Source: an uncultured delta proteobacterium (GTDB lineage Bacteria; Desulfobacterota; Binatia; Binatales; Binataceae). Taken from it: a DNA stretch of 64,000 nucleotides. The stretch is taken from positions 64,001 through 128,000 of the forward strand of contig CAWEEQ010000001.1 in NCBI GenBank assembly GCA_963808235.1, in the 5' to 3' direction. Below the pieces are notes generated by a model. It was not told the DNA's origin and did no database searches. It saw only the letters and a program-made list of their open reading frames with translations. Both the position numbers and the translations under genes were made by a program. This document shows, piece after piece, positions 1 through 10,288 of this stretch. Position 1 is the first letter of the stretch, and the number at the start of each line of letters is the position of its first letter.

Positions 1-127
1 CGCAAACCGACTCGATTCTGAGCGCGCGAAGTTTCGCCTCGAGCGGGTCGGCGCCTTGCTGCTTGAGCAGGTAGACGATCTCCTCGAGCAGTTCGGGCAG
101 AACCTCGTTGAGCATCGGTGCATCCAT
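1..127 (-). CDS. hypothetical protein, N-terminal part (runs off window)
   Basis: ATG at 127, open frame MDAPMLNEVLPELLEEIVYLLKQQGADPLEAKLRALRIESV to the window edge; divergent from trxA. Confidence 0.5.
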   Translation of the reverse strand, partial: MDAPMLNEVLPELLEEIVYLLKQQGADPLEAKLRALRIESVC

Positions 128-181
128 AGACGGCCAAGCGTAGCCGAAACGATTGCGCCGTCAAGCTGTTCGAGCCCTGCC

Positions 182-210
182 TTGACTGGGTAGCCGGTCG
201 TACTTATGTT
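182..210 (+). promoter_or_regulatory. putative sigma70 promoter of trxA
   Basis: TTGACT-N17-TATGTT upstream of the AGGAG RBS and ATG 244. Confidence 0.55.
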
Positions 211-243
211 CTGAAGTGCACGAGCCCACAGGAGAACCAACCG

Positions 244-579
244 ATGTCGAGCGATAAGATTGTTCATGTTACCGACGCGAGTTTCGAGACTGAAGTTCTG
301 AAATCGACGACTCCGGTTCTGATCGATTTTTGGGCGCCATGGTGCGCGCCATGCCGCGCGATCGCACCGATCATCGACGACCTGGCGGGCGAATACTCCG
401 GCCGGCTCAAAGTCGTGAAGATCAACGTCGACGACAATCCACAGACCCCCGGCCGCTACGGCGTTCGCGGCATCCCGAACCTGCTCATCATCAAAGGCGG
501 CCAGGTGAAGGAACAGATCATCGGCGCAGTGGCCAAGGGCACGCTGGTCAAGGCTGTCGATAGCGCGATCGCGGCGTAA
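244..579 (+). CDS. trxA: thioredoxin
   Basis: DFWAPWCAPC active site, cis-Pro GIP motif, 111 aa. Confidence 0.95.
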   Translation: MSSDKIVHVTDASFETEVLKSTTPVLIDFWAPWCAPCRAIAPIIDDLAGEYSGRLKVVKINVDDNPQTPGRYGVRGIPNLLIIKGGQVKEQIIGAVAKGTLVKAVDSAIAA

Positions 580-595
580 TCCCGAAATTTATAAG

Positions 596-1183
596 TCACT
601 TCGCGGAGGGCGAAGGCATCGCGGCCGAAGATGGCGCGGGGTCTGCGCCCTTCGTCGCATTCTGGACCCAGTATTTCATCAGGTCGTCGCGATTGCGCTC
701 GTAGGAAATTTTCGCGTCGCCGGGAATATATCCAACCAGCATTTCGTTGTACGCCAGCAGCATCGGCACCAGCTGCGAGTTGCGGAGCAGCGCCGCGCCC
801 GGAGGCATCAGGGCCGCCATCAGCATCACCGCCAGCCCCGCGAATACCGCGGCGATTCCGGAGCCGAGCAGTCCTCCGGCGAGTCGATCGAGCGTGCTCA
901 TGTGCACGATATGCATGAGTCGAATCGCGGCCGAGCCGATCATTTCCACGGCGGTGAAAATCAGCCCGAACACCGCGACGTATCCGATCACGGCCGCGAC
1001 GGTGTGCGACGATCCCATCTGCGTCTCGGCGAACGCGCCGGCCTTATTGTAGTACAGCGACGCGAAATAGATCGCCGCGCTGAGCGAGACGACCGACGTC
1101 ACCATCCTGAGTGCGCCCTTTTGCAGTCCGTAGATTGCGCCGATCGCTAACAGCGCGACCACGAAGTAATCAAGCCCGTTCAT
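596..1183 (-). CDS. cvpA: CvpA family (colicin V production) membrane protein
   Basis: MNGLDYFVV...GLQKG start, 4 TM segments, LDRLAGGLLG motif. Confidence 0.85.
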   Translation of the reverse strand: MNGLDYFVVALLAIGAIYGLQKGALRMVTSVVSLSAAIYFASLYYNKAGAFAETQMGSSHTVAAVIGYVAVFGLIFTAVEMIGSAAIRLMHIVHMSTLDRLAGGLLGSGIAAVFAGLAVMLMAALMPPGAALLRNSQLVPMLLAYNEMLVGYIPGDAKISYERNRDDLMKYWVQNATKGADPAPSSAAMPSPSAK

Positions 1184-1271
1184 TCCCCACCATTGAGCCT
1201 ACAGAATGACAGTCGCGCGCGCGACGCGTTCGCGCTGCTATATCTGAGCGGCGATATGCTTAAATGGTCAC

Positions 1272-2570
1272 ATGGCGCGCGTTTACATCGAAGAACTGTC
1301 GAAACACACCGGCGACGAAGTCACGCTCAAGGGATGGCTCGCGGGCAAGCGCTCGAGCGGTAAGATTCATTTTCTCCAGGTGCGCGACGGCACCGGCATC
1401 TGCCAATGCGTTGCGTCGCTTGCCGATCTCGGCACGGAGAGTTTCGCGGCGGCCGATCACATGGGCCAGGAAACCTCGCTCGAGGTGATCGGCATCGTGC
1501 GCGAGGATCGTCGCGCGCCCGGTGGATTCGAGCTCACGCTCAAATCACTCGCGATCGTTTCGCCGGCCACCGATTATCCGATCACGCCCAAGGATCATGG
1601 GGTCGCGTTCCTGCTCGACAACCGCCATCTGTGGGTTCGCTCCTCGCGTCAGCACGCGATCCTGCGCGTGCGCAGCGAAGTGGAATCCGCATGTCGCGAT
1701 TTTTTTCACGAGCGCGACTTCGTGCTGTTCGACGCGCCGATCCTCACCCCCACTTCGTGCGAGGGAACCACCAACCTGTTCGAGCTCGACTACTTCGGCG
1801 AGCGCAAGGCGTACCTGACCCAGAGCGGACAGCTCTACGTGGAGGCGGGTGCGCTCGCATTCGGCAAGGTCTACTGCTTCGGCCCTACCTTTCGCGCAGA
1901 GAAGTCGAAGACGCGTCGTCACCTGACGGAATTCTGGATGGTGGAGCCGGAGGTTGCGTACTGCGATCTCGACGGCGACATGCAGCTAGCCGAAGATTTC
2001 GTTTCTTACATCGTCGGCCGCGTGCTCGATCGTCGCAAGGCCGAACTGAAGATACTCGAGCGCGACACAAGCAAGTTGGAACGCGCAGCAGAGACGCCGT
2101 ATCCGCGCATCAGCTACGACGAAGCAATCGAGCGGCTGAAGAAGAAAGGCGTCGCGGTAAACTGGGGCGACGATTTCGGCGGCGACGAGGAGACCGCGCT
2201 GTCGGAGGAATTCGATCGGCCCGTGATGGTCCATCGATACCCGACTGTGTGCAAGGCCTTCTACATGAAGCAGGACCCGGCGCGCCCCGAGGTCGCGCTA
2301 TGCGTCGACATGCTCGCGCCCGAAGGCCACGGTGAGATTATCGGCGGCGGCCAGCGCGAAGATGATTACGAAACGCTCCGCACCAAGATCATTTCGCACG
2401 ATCTGCCGCTGGCGCCCTTCGAATGGTACCTCGACCTCCGCCGCTATGGCTCAGTCCCTCACGCCGGCTTCGGGATGGGCATAGAGCGCATGACCGGATG
2501 GCTCTGCGGCATCCACCACATCCGCGAAACCGTCCCGTTCCCGAGATTGATGGAACGGCTGGAGCCTTAG
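1272..2570 (+). CDS. asnS: asparagine--tRNA ligase
   Basis: OB-fold N-terminus, [38 protein letters not shown] class IIb motifs. Confidence 0.95.
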   Translation: MARVYIEELSKHTGDEVTLKGWLAGKRSSGKIHFLQVRDGTGICQCVASLADLGTESFAAADHMGQETSLEVIGIVREDRRAPGGFELTLKSLAIVSPATDYPITPKDHGVAFLLDNRHLWVRSSRQHAILRVRSEVESACRDFFHERDFVLFDAPILTPTSCEGTTNLFELDYFGERKAYLTQSGQLYVEAGALAFGKVYCFGPTFRAEKSKTRRHLTEFWMVEPEVAYCDLDGDMQLAEDFVSYIVGRVLDRRKAELKILERDTSKLERAAETPYPRISYDEAIERLKKKGVAVNWGDDFGGDEETALSEEFDRPVMVHRYPTVCKAFYMKQDPARPEVALCVDMLAPEGHGEIIGGGQREDDYETLRTKIISHDLPLAPFEWYLDLRRYGSVPHAGFGMGIERMTGWLCGIHHIRETVPFPRLMERLEP

Positions 2571-2609
2571 GGTGTAACCCTGACTCGGTGCCCCGCACCC
2601 GGCTTTCCT

Positions 2610-3050
2610 TCAGCCTCGCTGTTCGCCTATCCAGCGCACCCAGGCGAGCTCTCGTTTCACCGAATTCCAAAGCCGTTCATCCGCGGTCCAGCACTCGCAG
2701 CGCTCCGACTCCGCCAGCGCAAGGTAGTGTGCGTCGTACGCGGTCGGAAGGCCGAAGCGCTCCATCAGTTCAAGTGCGCGGAGATGAGTCGCTCCGATTT
2801 GTTTGAGCTGCGGTCCGGTTTCCAGAAAGAACCGCAACTGCACTTTGCTCTGCTCGAGCGTCAATTGACCTCGCCGGATCCTCTTGGCGAGCGCATTGGT
2901 AACTTCGTAGAGGAAGAGCGCCGGGGCCAGCAGCGTTCGCTGAGTTTCTCGCCACCGGTTCAGAATCGCGCGCGCTTCAGTGCTGTAGGGCTCCTCGACC
3001 ACCCACTTAAGCGCGAGGCTCGCGTCTACCACGATCTCGGCTGCGCTCAC
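2610..3050 (-). CDS. vapC: PIN-domain toxin (VapC family)
   Basis: VVDASLALKW...E...YDAHYLALAE...WTAD PIN acidic residues; overlaps upstream partner by 4 nt. Confidence 0.9.
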   Translation of the reverse strand: MSAAEIVVDASLALKWVVEEPYSTEARAILNRWRETQRTLLAPALFLYEVTNALAKRIRRGQLTLEQSKVQLRFFLETGPQLKQIGATHLRALELMERFGLPTAYDAHYLALAESERCECWTADERLWNSVKRELAWVRWIGEQRG

Positions 3051-3358
3051 AGCTGAGCGTTACGCTGCTCGCGGCTCTCGCGGATCAAGTCGGCAGAGTC
3101 TTCAGAAAAAGGCGCTCCCTGTTCAGCCTTAAGTTTATCGGCGCGCCGTATCATCGCCGACGTGACTTTACCGTTCGACGGCTTCGACACGGCATCGGCG
3201 GCAGGTACACTGTGCTCCAGTACGTGAGTTACGTACGACGAAACCGGTATGTCTTGAGCCGCGGCCGCGACCTTTATCCGGCGCTTGAGCGCGGGGCTAA
3301 TATCCACCGTCAGGCGAGGCCTGGAAGGAGCACGCTTGTTCGTTCTATTGCTCGCCAT
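3047..3358 (-). CDS. antitoxin, ribbon-helix-helix type (VapB-like)
   Basis: RLTVDISPALKRRIKVAAAAQDIPVSSYV RHH pattern, C-terminal DSADLIRESR; GAGG RBS before ATG 3358. Confidence 0.8.
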   Translation of the reverse strand: MASNRTNKRAPSRPRLTVDISPALKRRIKVAAAAQDIPVSSYVTHVLEHSVPAADAVSKPSNGKVTSAMIRRADKLKAEQGAPFSEDSADLIRESREQRNAQL

Positions 3359-3377
3359 TTCAAGATCCTCAACGTCA

Positions 3378-3429
3378 GACACCTTGGTGTCATGACACCC
3401 ATTCTACAACGACGCATTTCACGGATCAA
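3378..3429 (-). promoter_or_regulatory. TA operon promoter with operator palindromes
   Basis: minus-strand TTGATC(3429-3424)-N17-TAGAAT(3406-3401); perfect palindrome GGTGTCATGACACC 3386-3399 and overlapping GACACC-TT-GGTGTC 3378-3391. Confidence 0.75.
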
Positions 3430-3445
3430 TTGTTTGCTTACGACG

Positions 3446-4970
3446 TTACGGCAGCCAGCGTGCGATTCGTTCGCCGACGACCAGGGCCGGGAGGTTGGTG
3501 TTCGCGCGCGGTATCACCGGCATGATCGACGCATCGGCGACGTAAGCGTTGTCGAGCCCGTGAATTTTTCCGCGCGAATCCACGACCGCCGACCGATCGC
3601 TCGCCGGGCCCATACGGCAAGTTCCCACCGGATGGTAGTAGTGCAGGCAATTGGCCCTGATAAATGCCTCGACCCCAGTCGGGATCGCGAAACTGCCGCC
3701 ACGCTGAAATTGTTTCGCCCACAAGATGGGACAGGGCAGGTTTCGCCGCTATCTCGCGCGCGAGCGCGACTCCGTCGGCAAGCACGCGCAAATCTTCGTC
3801 CTCGGGATCGGTCAGGTAGCGATGATCGATGCTTGGCGGCACGGCGCAGTCAGCGCTGGTCAGCCTCAGCGTGCCCCGCGAGCGTGGCGTCATGCACGCG
3901 ACTTCGAGCGCCCATCGCCAGCCGGTTCGAGTTGCAGGATCGGGTCCGCCAACCGGATAGATGTGCAGATCAAATGCGCGCGTACATCGTGAGGATCGCG
4001 CTTTGGCGATGGTCTGCTCCTCGGGCATCCAATGATCGCGCGCAAACGCGGCCATCATATCTTCCAGTTCGCGCGTTCCCGCGTAGCCCAGCGAAACCCG
4101 AGGATGGTCATGCAGGTTGCGACCGACTCCGGGAAGGTCGTGCATCGGCGAGATTCCGGCAGAGCGCAGTTCTGACGGATCGCCGATACCCGAGCGCAAT
4201 AGAATTGCGGGAGAGCCGTAGGTCCCGGCAGCCAGGATTACGCGGCCTACTTCGACGCGGACCAGACCCTCGCGGCTGGCGACGACAACGGCTTTCACCC
4301 GTCCTGAGCTGACTTCGAGGCGGTCGCACATCGAGTCGCCGACGATTGTCAGGATCGGCCGCTCGCGGACCGGATCGAGATAAGCGAACGCAGTATTCCA
4401 GCGGACGCCGTTCACGATATTCGCCGGACTCGGCGCCATCCCGAGGTTCTCATCGAGATCGTTAAGGTCCGCGACGCGCGGGATTCCGGCGGCGGCCGCG
4501 GCCTCCATTACGATGCGCTGGTAAGGAGTGACTCCCTCTTGCGATGGAATTCTGACCCGCAGACGATCGGAGGCGGTGCGGAACAGTGGCAACAGTTCGT
4601 CCGTGGACCATCCTGGATTTCCGAGCGCGGCCCATCCGTCATAATCGACGCGGCTGCCCCAGATCGCGGCGCATCCGTTATGCGACGAGCATCCACCGAT
4701 CACGCGGGCGCGCTCGTAGCTGATGAATCGCGGTGCGTTCTTCCCGCTGTGGTAGCCCCAGTCGTGCGTGGTCGGTATCGCGCCGGCGTTGGTGAGTTCC
4801 GCCGGCCATCGTCCCGCCGAGAACGGACCATAATCCGGACCGGCTTCCAGCAGCAGCACTGACTGCTCCGACTGCTCGGCAAGAAGACCCGCGACCGCCG
4901 CTCCCGCGGTGCCGCCACCGATCACGACCGTATCGGCAGACTTCGGAAGCTGATCCTGTTTTCGCGCCAT
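3446..4970 (-). CDS. GMC family oxidoreductase (choline dehydrogenase-like), one frameshift near 3700
   Basis: GGGTAG FAD motif, GGCSSHN, GRNLHDH; the C-terminal YYHPVGTCRMG...ANTNLP lies in another frame (3446..3724). Confidence 0.85.
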
Positions 4971-5131
4971 GCTGGCTTGCACTATTCAGCAAATGGGCCG
5001 CGAATTACAGTGCCGCAGATTTACTCGACGCCTTTTGCACTCCACGGACCGATCCCAACGAAACGCACCGGCGCGATTCGGGTGACGTAGCCGGCAATAT
5101 TATGATCTTGCTCATTTTTCTGCCCTCAATC

Positions 5132-5145
5132 CTTGTATATACAAG
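5132..5145. promoter_or_regulatory. perfect 14-bp palindrome, putative transcription-factor site
   Basis: CTTGTATATACAAG, AT-rich, between the divergent GMC and DUF2339 genes. Confidence 0.5.
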
Positions 5146-5268
5146 ACCCTGACCAAGCTTTATCAGCTCGCCGATGAGCACAGAGCCATCACGACCGCGT
5201 CGTTGCAACCGACGGAGGTTGGCGGCAGAGTGCGCTCAGCGAGGTCGCATCCCGACTTGAAATAAGAA

Positions 5269-8200
5269 ATGACTCTTGTCCTCTTGATAATTTTCGGAGC
5301 TCCGATTGCGCTGGCAATCTGGCTAATTTCGCGCACCACCAACGCACAGAGTCGCATCGAGGAACTTTCCGATCGGCTGGCAATTCTCGAATCGGAAATT
5401 GCTCGGCTGAAGCAGGACAAGGAATCGCCAAAGCCTGCGGAGCCAGCCGCTCCTCCAGCGCAGCCGAAGATTGTTACTCCCGCTCCAGCCGCGCCGCCAA
5501 GACCGATTGTCACCGCACAGCCGGTCGTTTCGCCGCCACATCCACCGACCACTGCATCGCGGCCCGTTTCCGAGCCATCGCGCCTGCCGGTTCCGAAAAT
5601 CGATTGGGAACAATTTGTTGGAGTGAAGGGTTTTGCGTGGGTTGGCGGATTTGCACTGTTTCTCGGCGTTGTATTTTTCGTCAAATACTCGTTCGACAAC
5701 AATCTCGTCCCTCCCGAGCTGCGCGTGGCGATTGGTTTCCTCGTCGGCCTCGGTCTGCTGGTCGGCGGCGTGATGATGTCTCGCAAGGATTTCCCCGCGC
5801 TTTCGCAGACTCTGTGCGGGACCGGCGTTGTCATCCTCTATAGCGTCACGTTCGCGTGCCGTTCGATTTATCATTTTGAATTCTTCGGGCCGATTCCAAC
5901 TTTCCTGCTGATGGCGCTAATCACGACCACGGCTTTCTTGCTCGCCGTCCGGCTCGACGCCATCGTCGTCGCAATTCTCGGAATGTTGGGCGGATTTCTG
6001 ACCCCGATTTTAATTTCCACTGGCCAGGACAATCCGCTCGGACTTTTCGGCTACATCGCCATCCTCGACATCGGACTCATCGTCGTCGCACTCGATCGAC
6101 GCTGGTACTTTCTCACTGCGCTCTCCGCGGTTGGAACCGCACTCATGCAAATCGCCTGGGTCGGTGAATTTTTCGTCAGCGAAAAATATTTTGCAGGAAA
6201 CAAAATTCTCATCGCGCTTGCGGTGCTGCTCGGCTTCGATGCGCTTTATCTTGCCGCGAATTGGTGGGCGAAAATCCGCAAGCTTGCCGATGGTGAAGAA
6301 TCTCTGATCTTTGGATTAGGCCGGATTCATACCAGGAAATGGCTTTCCGCTTCGGCGCTGGGCCTGGTCGCCGTGACGCTCCTTTTCACCGCGTGGTTTT
6401 TGGATTTCGAGCCGCTCGCGCAACGCCCATGGTTGATGTTCGGGTTTGTTTTTCTCGTCGATCTTATTGTTACTTCGCTCGTGCTCGCCGATGAAACAAT
6501 CGCGGCCGCTCAATCGATAGCGGGGCTTGCCGTTTTTGCATTACTTGGATTTTGGACGCAAGCATGGCTGACCGACGAACTGCTCAACGCCGCGCTGGCG
6601 TTTTATTTCCTCTTCGCGGTTGTCCACTCGGCTCTGCCTGCGATGCTCCAGCGCCGGCCCGATGCAATAACCCCAACTTGGGCGAATCAGATCTTTCCGG
6701 TGCTCGCGCTCGCGCTCGTGCTCGTTCCGGTCCTCACCCTCGCGCAAGTCTCGATAGTCGTCTGGCCGTTCGTTTTATGGTGGATTTGTTGGCCATCGCG
6801 CTGGCGGTAATGACGGCGACGTTGCTGCCGGTGCTGGCGGTTCTGTTGCTCACACTTGCCGCGACCGGCGAGCTCATCTTCAAAGTTCCTTCCGACCTCA
6901 CCGGCTTGTCGCTTTCATTTTTCCTGCTCGGCGCGTTCGCGGTTTTCTTCATCGCGGCAACCTTCTTGCTGGTGAAAGCATTCCAGCCTGACGCGCTGAA
7001 AACCGGGATCAAATTCAGCAAGGGCCTCGCAGCGCCGGAAGATTTGGCTGCGATATTGCCCACGTGCTCCGTCGTGCTTCCGTTCTTGCTGCTCATAATG
7101 GCGACGCTGCGGCTGCCGCTGATAAATCCGTCGCCGGTCTTCGGCCTTGCGTTGTTGCTCGTCGTGATGTTGCTTGGCGTCACAAAATTGTTCTCGCTCG
7201 ACTGGATGCCCGCGGTCGGACTCGCCTGCGTGGTCGCGCTCGAATGGGTGTGGCATTTCAGCCATTTCGATCGGACCAATCCAAACCAGCCGCTGGATCT
7301 GGTTCTGACGTGGTACTTGATTTTCTTCGCCACGTTCGCGCTGTTTCCATTTTTATTTTGGAAACAATTTTCCGGACAGAGTCATTCCCTGGGCGACTGC
7401 GGCAATCGCCGGACCGCCGCAATTTTTTCTCATCCACCGCTTCGTATCCGCCGTTTATCCGAATCAAATGATGGGACTGCTCCCCGCCGCATTTGCGTTT
7501 CCCGGATTGTTAAGCCTCGTCGCCGTGCTTAAAAAAGTCCCCGCCGAAAACGAGGCGCGCATGGCTCAACTCGCGTGGTTTGGCGGCGTGGCGCTGTTTT
7601 TCATCACCCTGATTTTCCCGATCCAGTTCGACCGGCAATGGATCACCATCGGCTGGGCGTTGGAAGGCGCGGCGTTGCTGTGGCTGTTCCATCGCGTGCC
7701 GCATCCGGGGTTACGGCTGACCGGCGCCGGCCTGCTCATCGCCGCGTTCGTCCGGCTCGCGTTGAATCCCGCCGTGCTCGAATACCATCGCGCGCCGCGA
7801 TGCCGATCTTCAACTGGTATCTTTACGCCTACGGCATCGCGACGATCTGTCTGTTTGCCGGGACAAGACTTCTCGCGCCGCCGCGCAACCTCTTTCTGGA
7901 TTTCGATATTCCGCCGATACTTGCCGGATGCGGCACGGTGCTGGCGTTCCTGCTGTTGAACATCGAGATCGCCGATTACTTCAGCGAGCCGGGTTCGACG
8001 CTTACATTTCAGCTGGGCGGCAACTTCGCGCGCGACATGACCTATTCAATAGGATGGGCGCTGTTCGCGCTGGTGCTGCTCATTCAGGGCATTCGCAGAA
8101 AAATTCCCGCCGCACGCTATGCCGCGATGGGCTTGCTGTGCGTGACGCTGCTGAAACTTTTCTTCCACGATCTCGCGCAACTCGGCCAGCTCTATCGCAT

Positions 8201-8309
8201 CGGCGCGTTCATCGGCGTGGCTGTAATCGCGATGCTCGCATCGTTTGCGTATCAAAAGTTTTTCGCAGCCGGTGACAATGAGAAGGAACAGAATGAAACT
8301 TCTCACTAA
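5269..8309 (+). CDS. DUF2339 family multi-pass membrane protein, split by about 3 frameshifts (~6775, ~7375, ~7790)
   Basis: WEQFVGVKGFAWVGG...FFVKYSFDNNL, GGFLTPILIST, C-terminal KLFFHDLAQLGQLYRIGAFIG; four overlapping ORFs join into one ~1000-aa protein. Confidence 0.8.
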
Positions 8310-10287
8310 TTGTTCGGCAAGCTTGCTCTACATTTGCGCGCTCTTGTTCGGCGTTTCTGCAGCCGCTGCGAATCTGCCCTCGGACTGGCAGCACGACCAA
8401 TCGTTTGACGTTTCGACAACCGGACTTATGAAAATGAGTTTGCCGGTTGAGACGCTCGACAGTGCGCGTCCCGCACTCGAAGACTTGCGGCTCTACGACG
8501 GCGCGGGAAATGAAGTGCCGTATTTAATCGAACGCCCCGCGCCGGCCGCAAAAGCCGTGCAGGCGGCAAAATCATTTCAGGTTTCGCTCAACGCAAGCAC
8601 CACCGTCATCACGCTCGAAACGGGAATGGCGCAGCCGCTCGATGGCGTCCGGCTTGAAAGTCCGGCGATGGATTTTATCAAGGCGGTGCTCGTTGAAAGT
8701 TCCGAAGACGGCACGCATTGGCAGAGTTCCGCGCAAGGCCAGCCGATTTTTCGTCAGCCAGACGGCGCAAGTCATTTGCAAATTTCATTTCCGCCGATCT
8801 CTTCAAAATGGCTCCGCCTTACCGTGGACGATGGGCGTTCGCCGCCGGTTCCGTTCACCGGCGCGCTGGTCGAGGCAGCCACGGCAGCCTGCGCCCGCTG
8901 AGAAATGATCTCGGCCACGATCACCGAACGCGATGAAAATCCCGGAGAAACGCGGCTCGCGTTGAGCCTCGGCGCGGCGAACTTGAGCGTCGCCTCCGTC
9001 CATCTTGCAACCGCCGAACCGCTTTTTATGCGCCAGGTTTCAATCGCCTTCCCGAAAATGTCGGAAGATTCCATACGCGAAGAAACCATCGGGCAAGGCA
9101 CGATCTATCGCGTCGCCGTCGAAGGTCAGGCGCCTTCTGAAAGTCTTTCCGTACCGCTGGAACGTCTGGTGCGCTCGCGCGAATTGTTTCTTCTCCTGAA
9201 AAACGGCGATAGCCGACCGCTGCCGATTTCTTCGGTCCGCGTGGAGCGGCGTCCGGTTTATCTCGTTTTCCTCGCGCGGCAACCGGGCGCATATCATTTG
9301 CTCACCGGCAACGTTCATTGCGACGCGCCGCGTTACGATCTGGCCGCGCTGGTGATGAATCTCAAAGACGTTCCAGTTTCGTCAACTAAAATTCCGCCAC
9401 CGTCCGATAACCCGGATTTTCGCGCGCCCGAAGTTTTGCCCGGACTTGAAGTAACTGGCGCGGCACTCGACGTTTCGGAATGGAAATTCCGCAAACCGGT
9501 GAAACTTTCCAAGGGCGGAGCGCAGCAAATCGAACCCGACCTCGACGTGCTCGCGCACGCGAGGCCGGACTTCGCGGATTTGCGCGTGCTGCACGGCAGC
9601 AATCAGGTCCCTTACATCATCGAGCGCACGTCCATCAGCCGCGCGCTCACGCCGTCGGCCACCGCGGCGGTCGACCCGAAAGATCCGAAGCTGAGCCGCT
9701 GGACTATTAAACTTCCCCGGAGCGGTTTGCCGATCGCACGCCTGACTTGCGTCTCGAGAACGCCGCTGTTCGAACGCTCGATGTCGCTCTACGAAGAAGT
9801 CACAGATGAGCGAGGCAGCAAATATCGCCAACCACTGGGTGGCGCGACCTGGACACAAACCCCGGAACGGCAGTCGAAAGAATTTACCTTGACGCTGGAC
9901 AACCCGCTGCAGAGCGACACTTTAATCCTCGAAACGGAGAACGGCGACAATCCGCTTATCGAACTGGAAAAATTCACGGCGTTCTATCCGGCCACGCGAA
10001 TCTTGTTCAAGACAAAGCCGGACGACGGACTGTTTCTCTACTACGGCAACCCGTCCGTGTCGCCGCCGAGTTACGATTTGAGCCTCGTCGCCGAACAATT
10101 GCTGGCGGCTGAAAAAAATGTCGCGTCGCTTTCCGCCGAGGAGCAATTAAAAAAATCTTCCTGGTATGAAAATCAGATACCAGGCCGTGGCGGCGTGCTC
10201 TTCTGGGGAATTCTTGGATTGGTGGTTGTCGTATTGCTCGTCGTGATTTCGCTGCTGCTGCCGAAATCGCTGCCGCCGGCGGTGTAA
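8293..10287 (+). CDS. DUF3999-like exported protein with C-terminal TM anchor, interrupted by TGA at 8899-8901
   Basis: signal peptide, two repeats of DLRL...VPY and NGD.P motifs, APRYDL/PPSYDL, C-terminal TM; overlaps the DUF2339 stop. Confidence 0.75.
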
Positions 10288-10288
10288 C

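Noticed and set aside
8899-8901. In-frame TGA as selenocysteine or readthrough
   Set aside because: Not a redox-motif context, no evident SECIS hairpin, and neighbouring genes have several indels; compensating errors are more likely.
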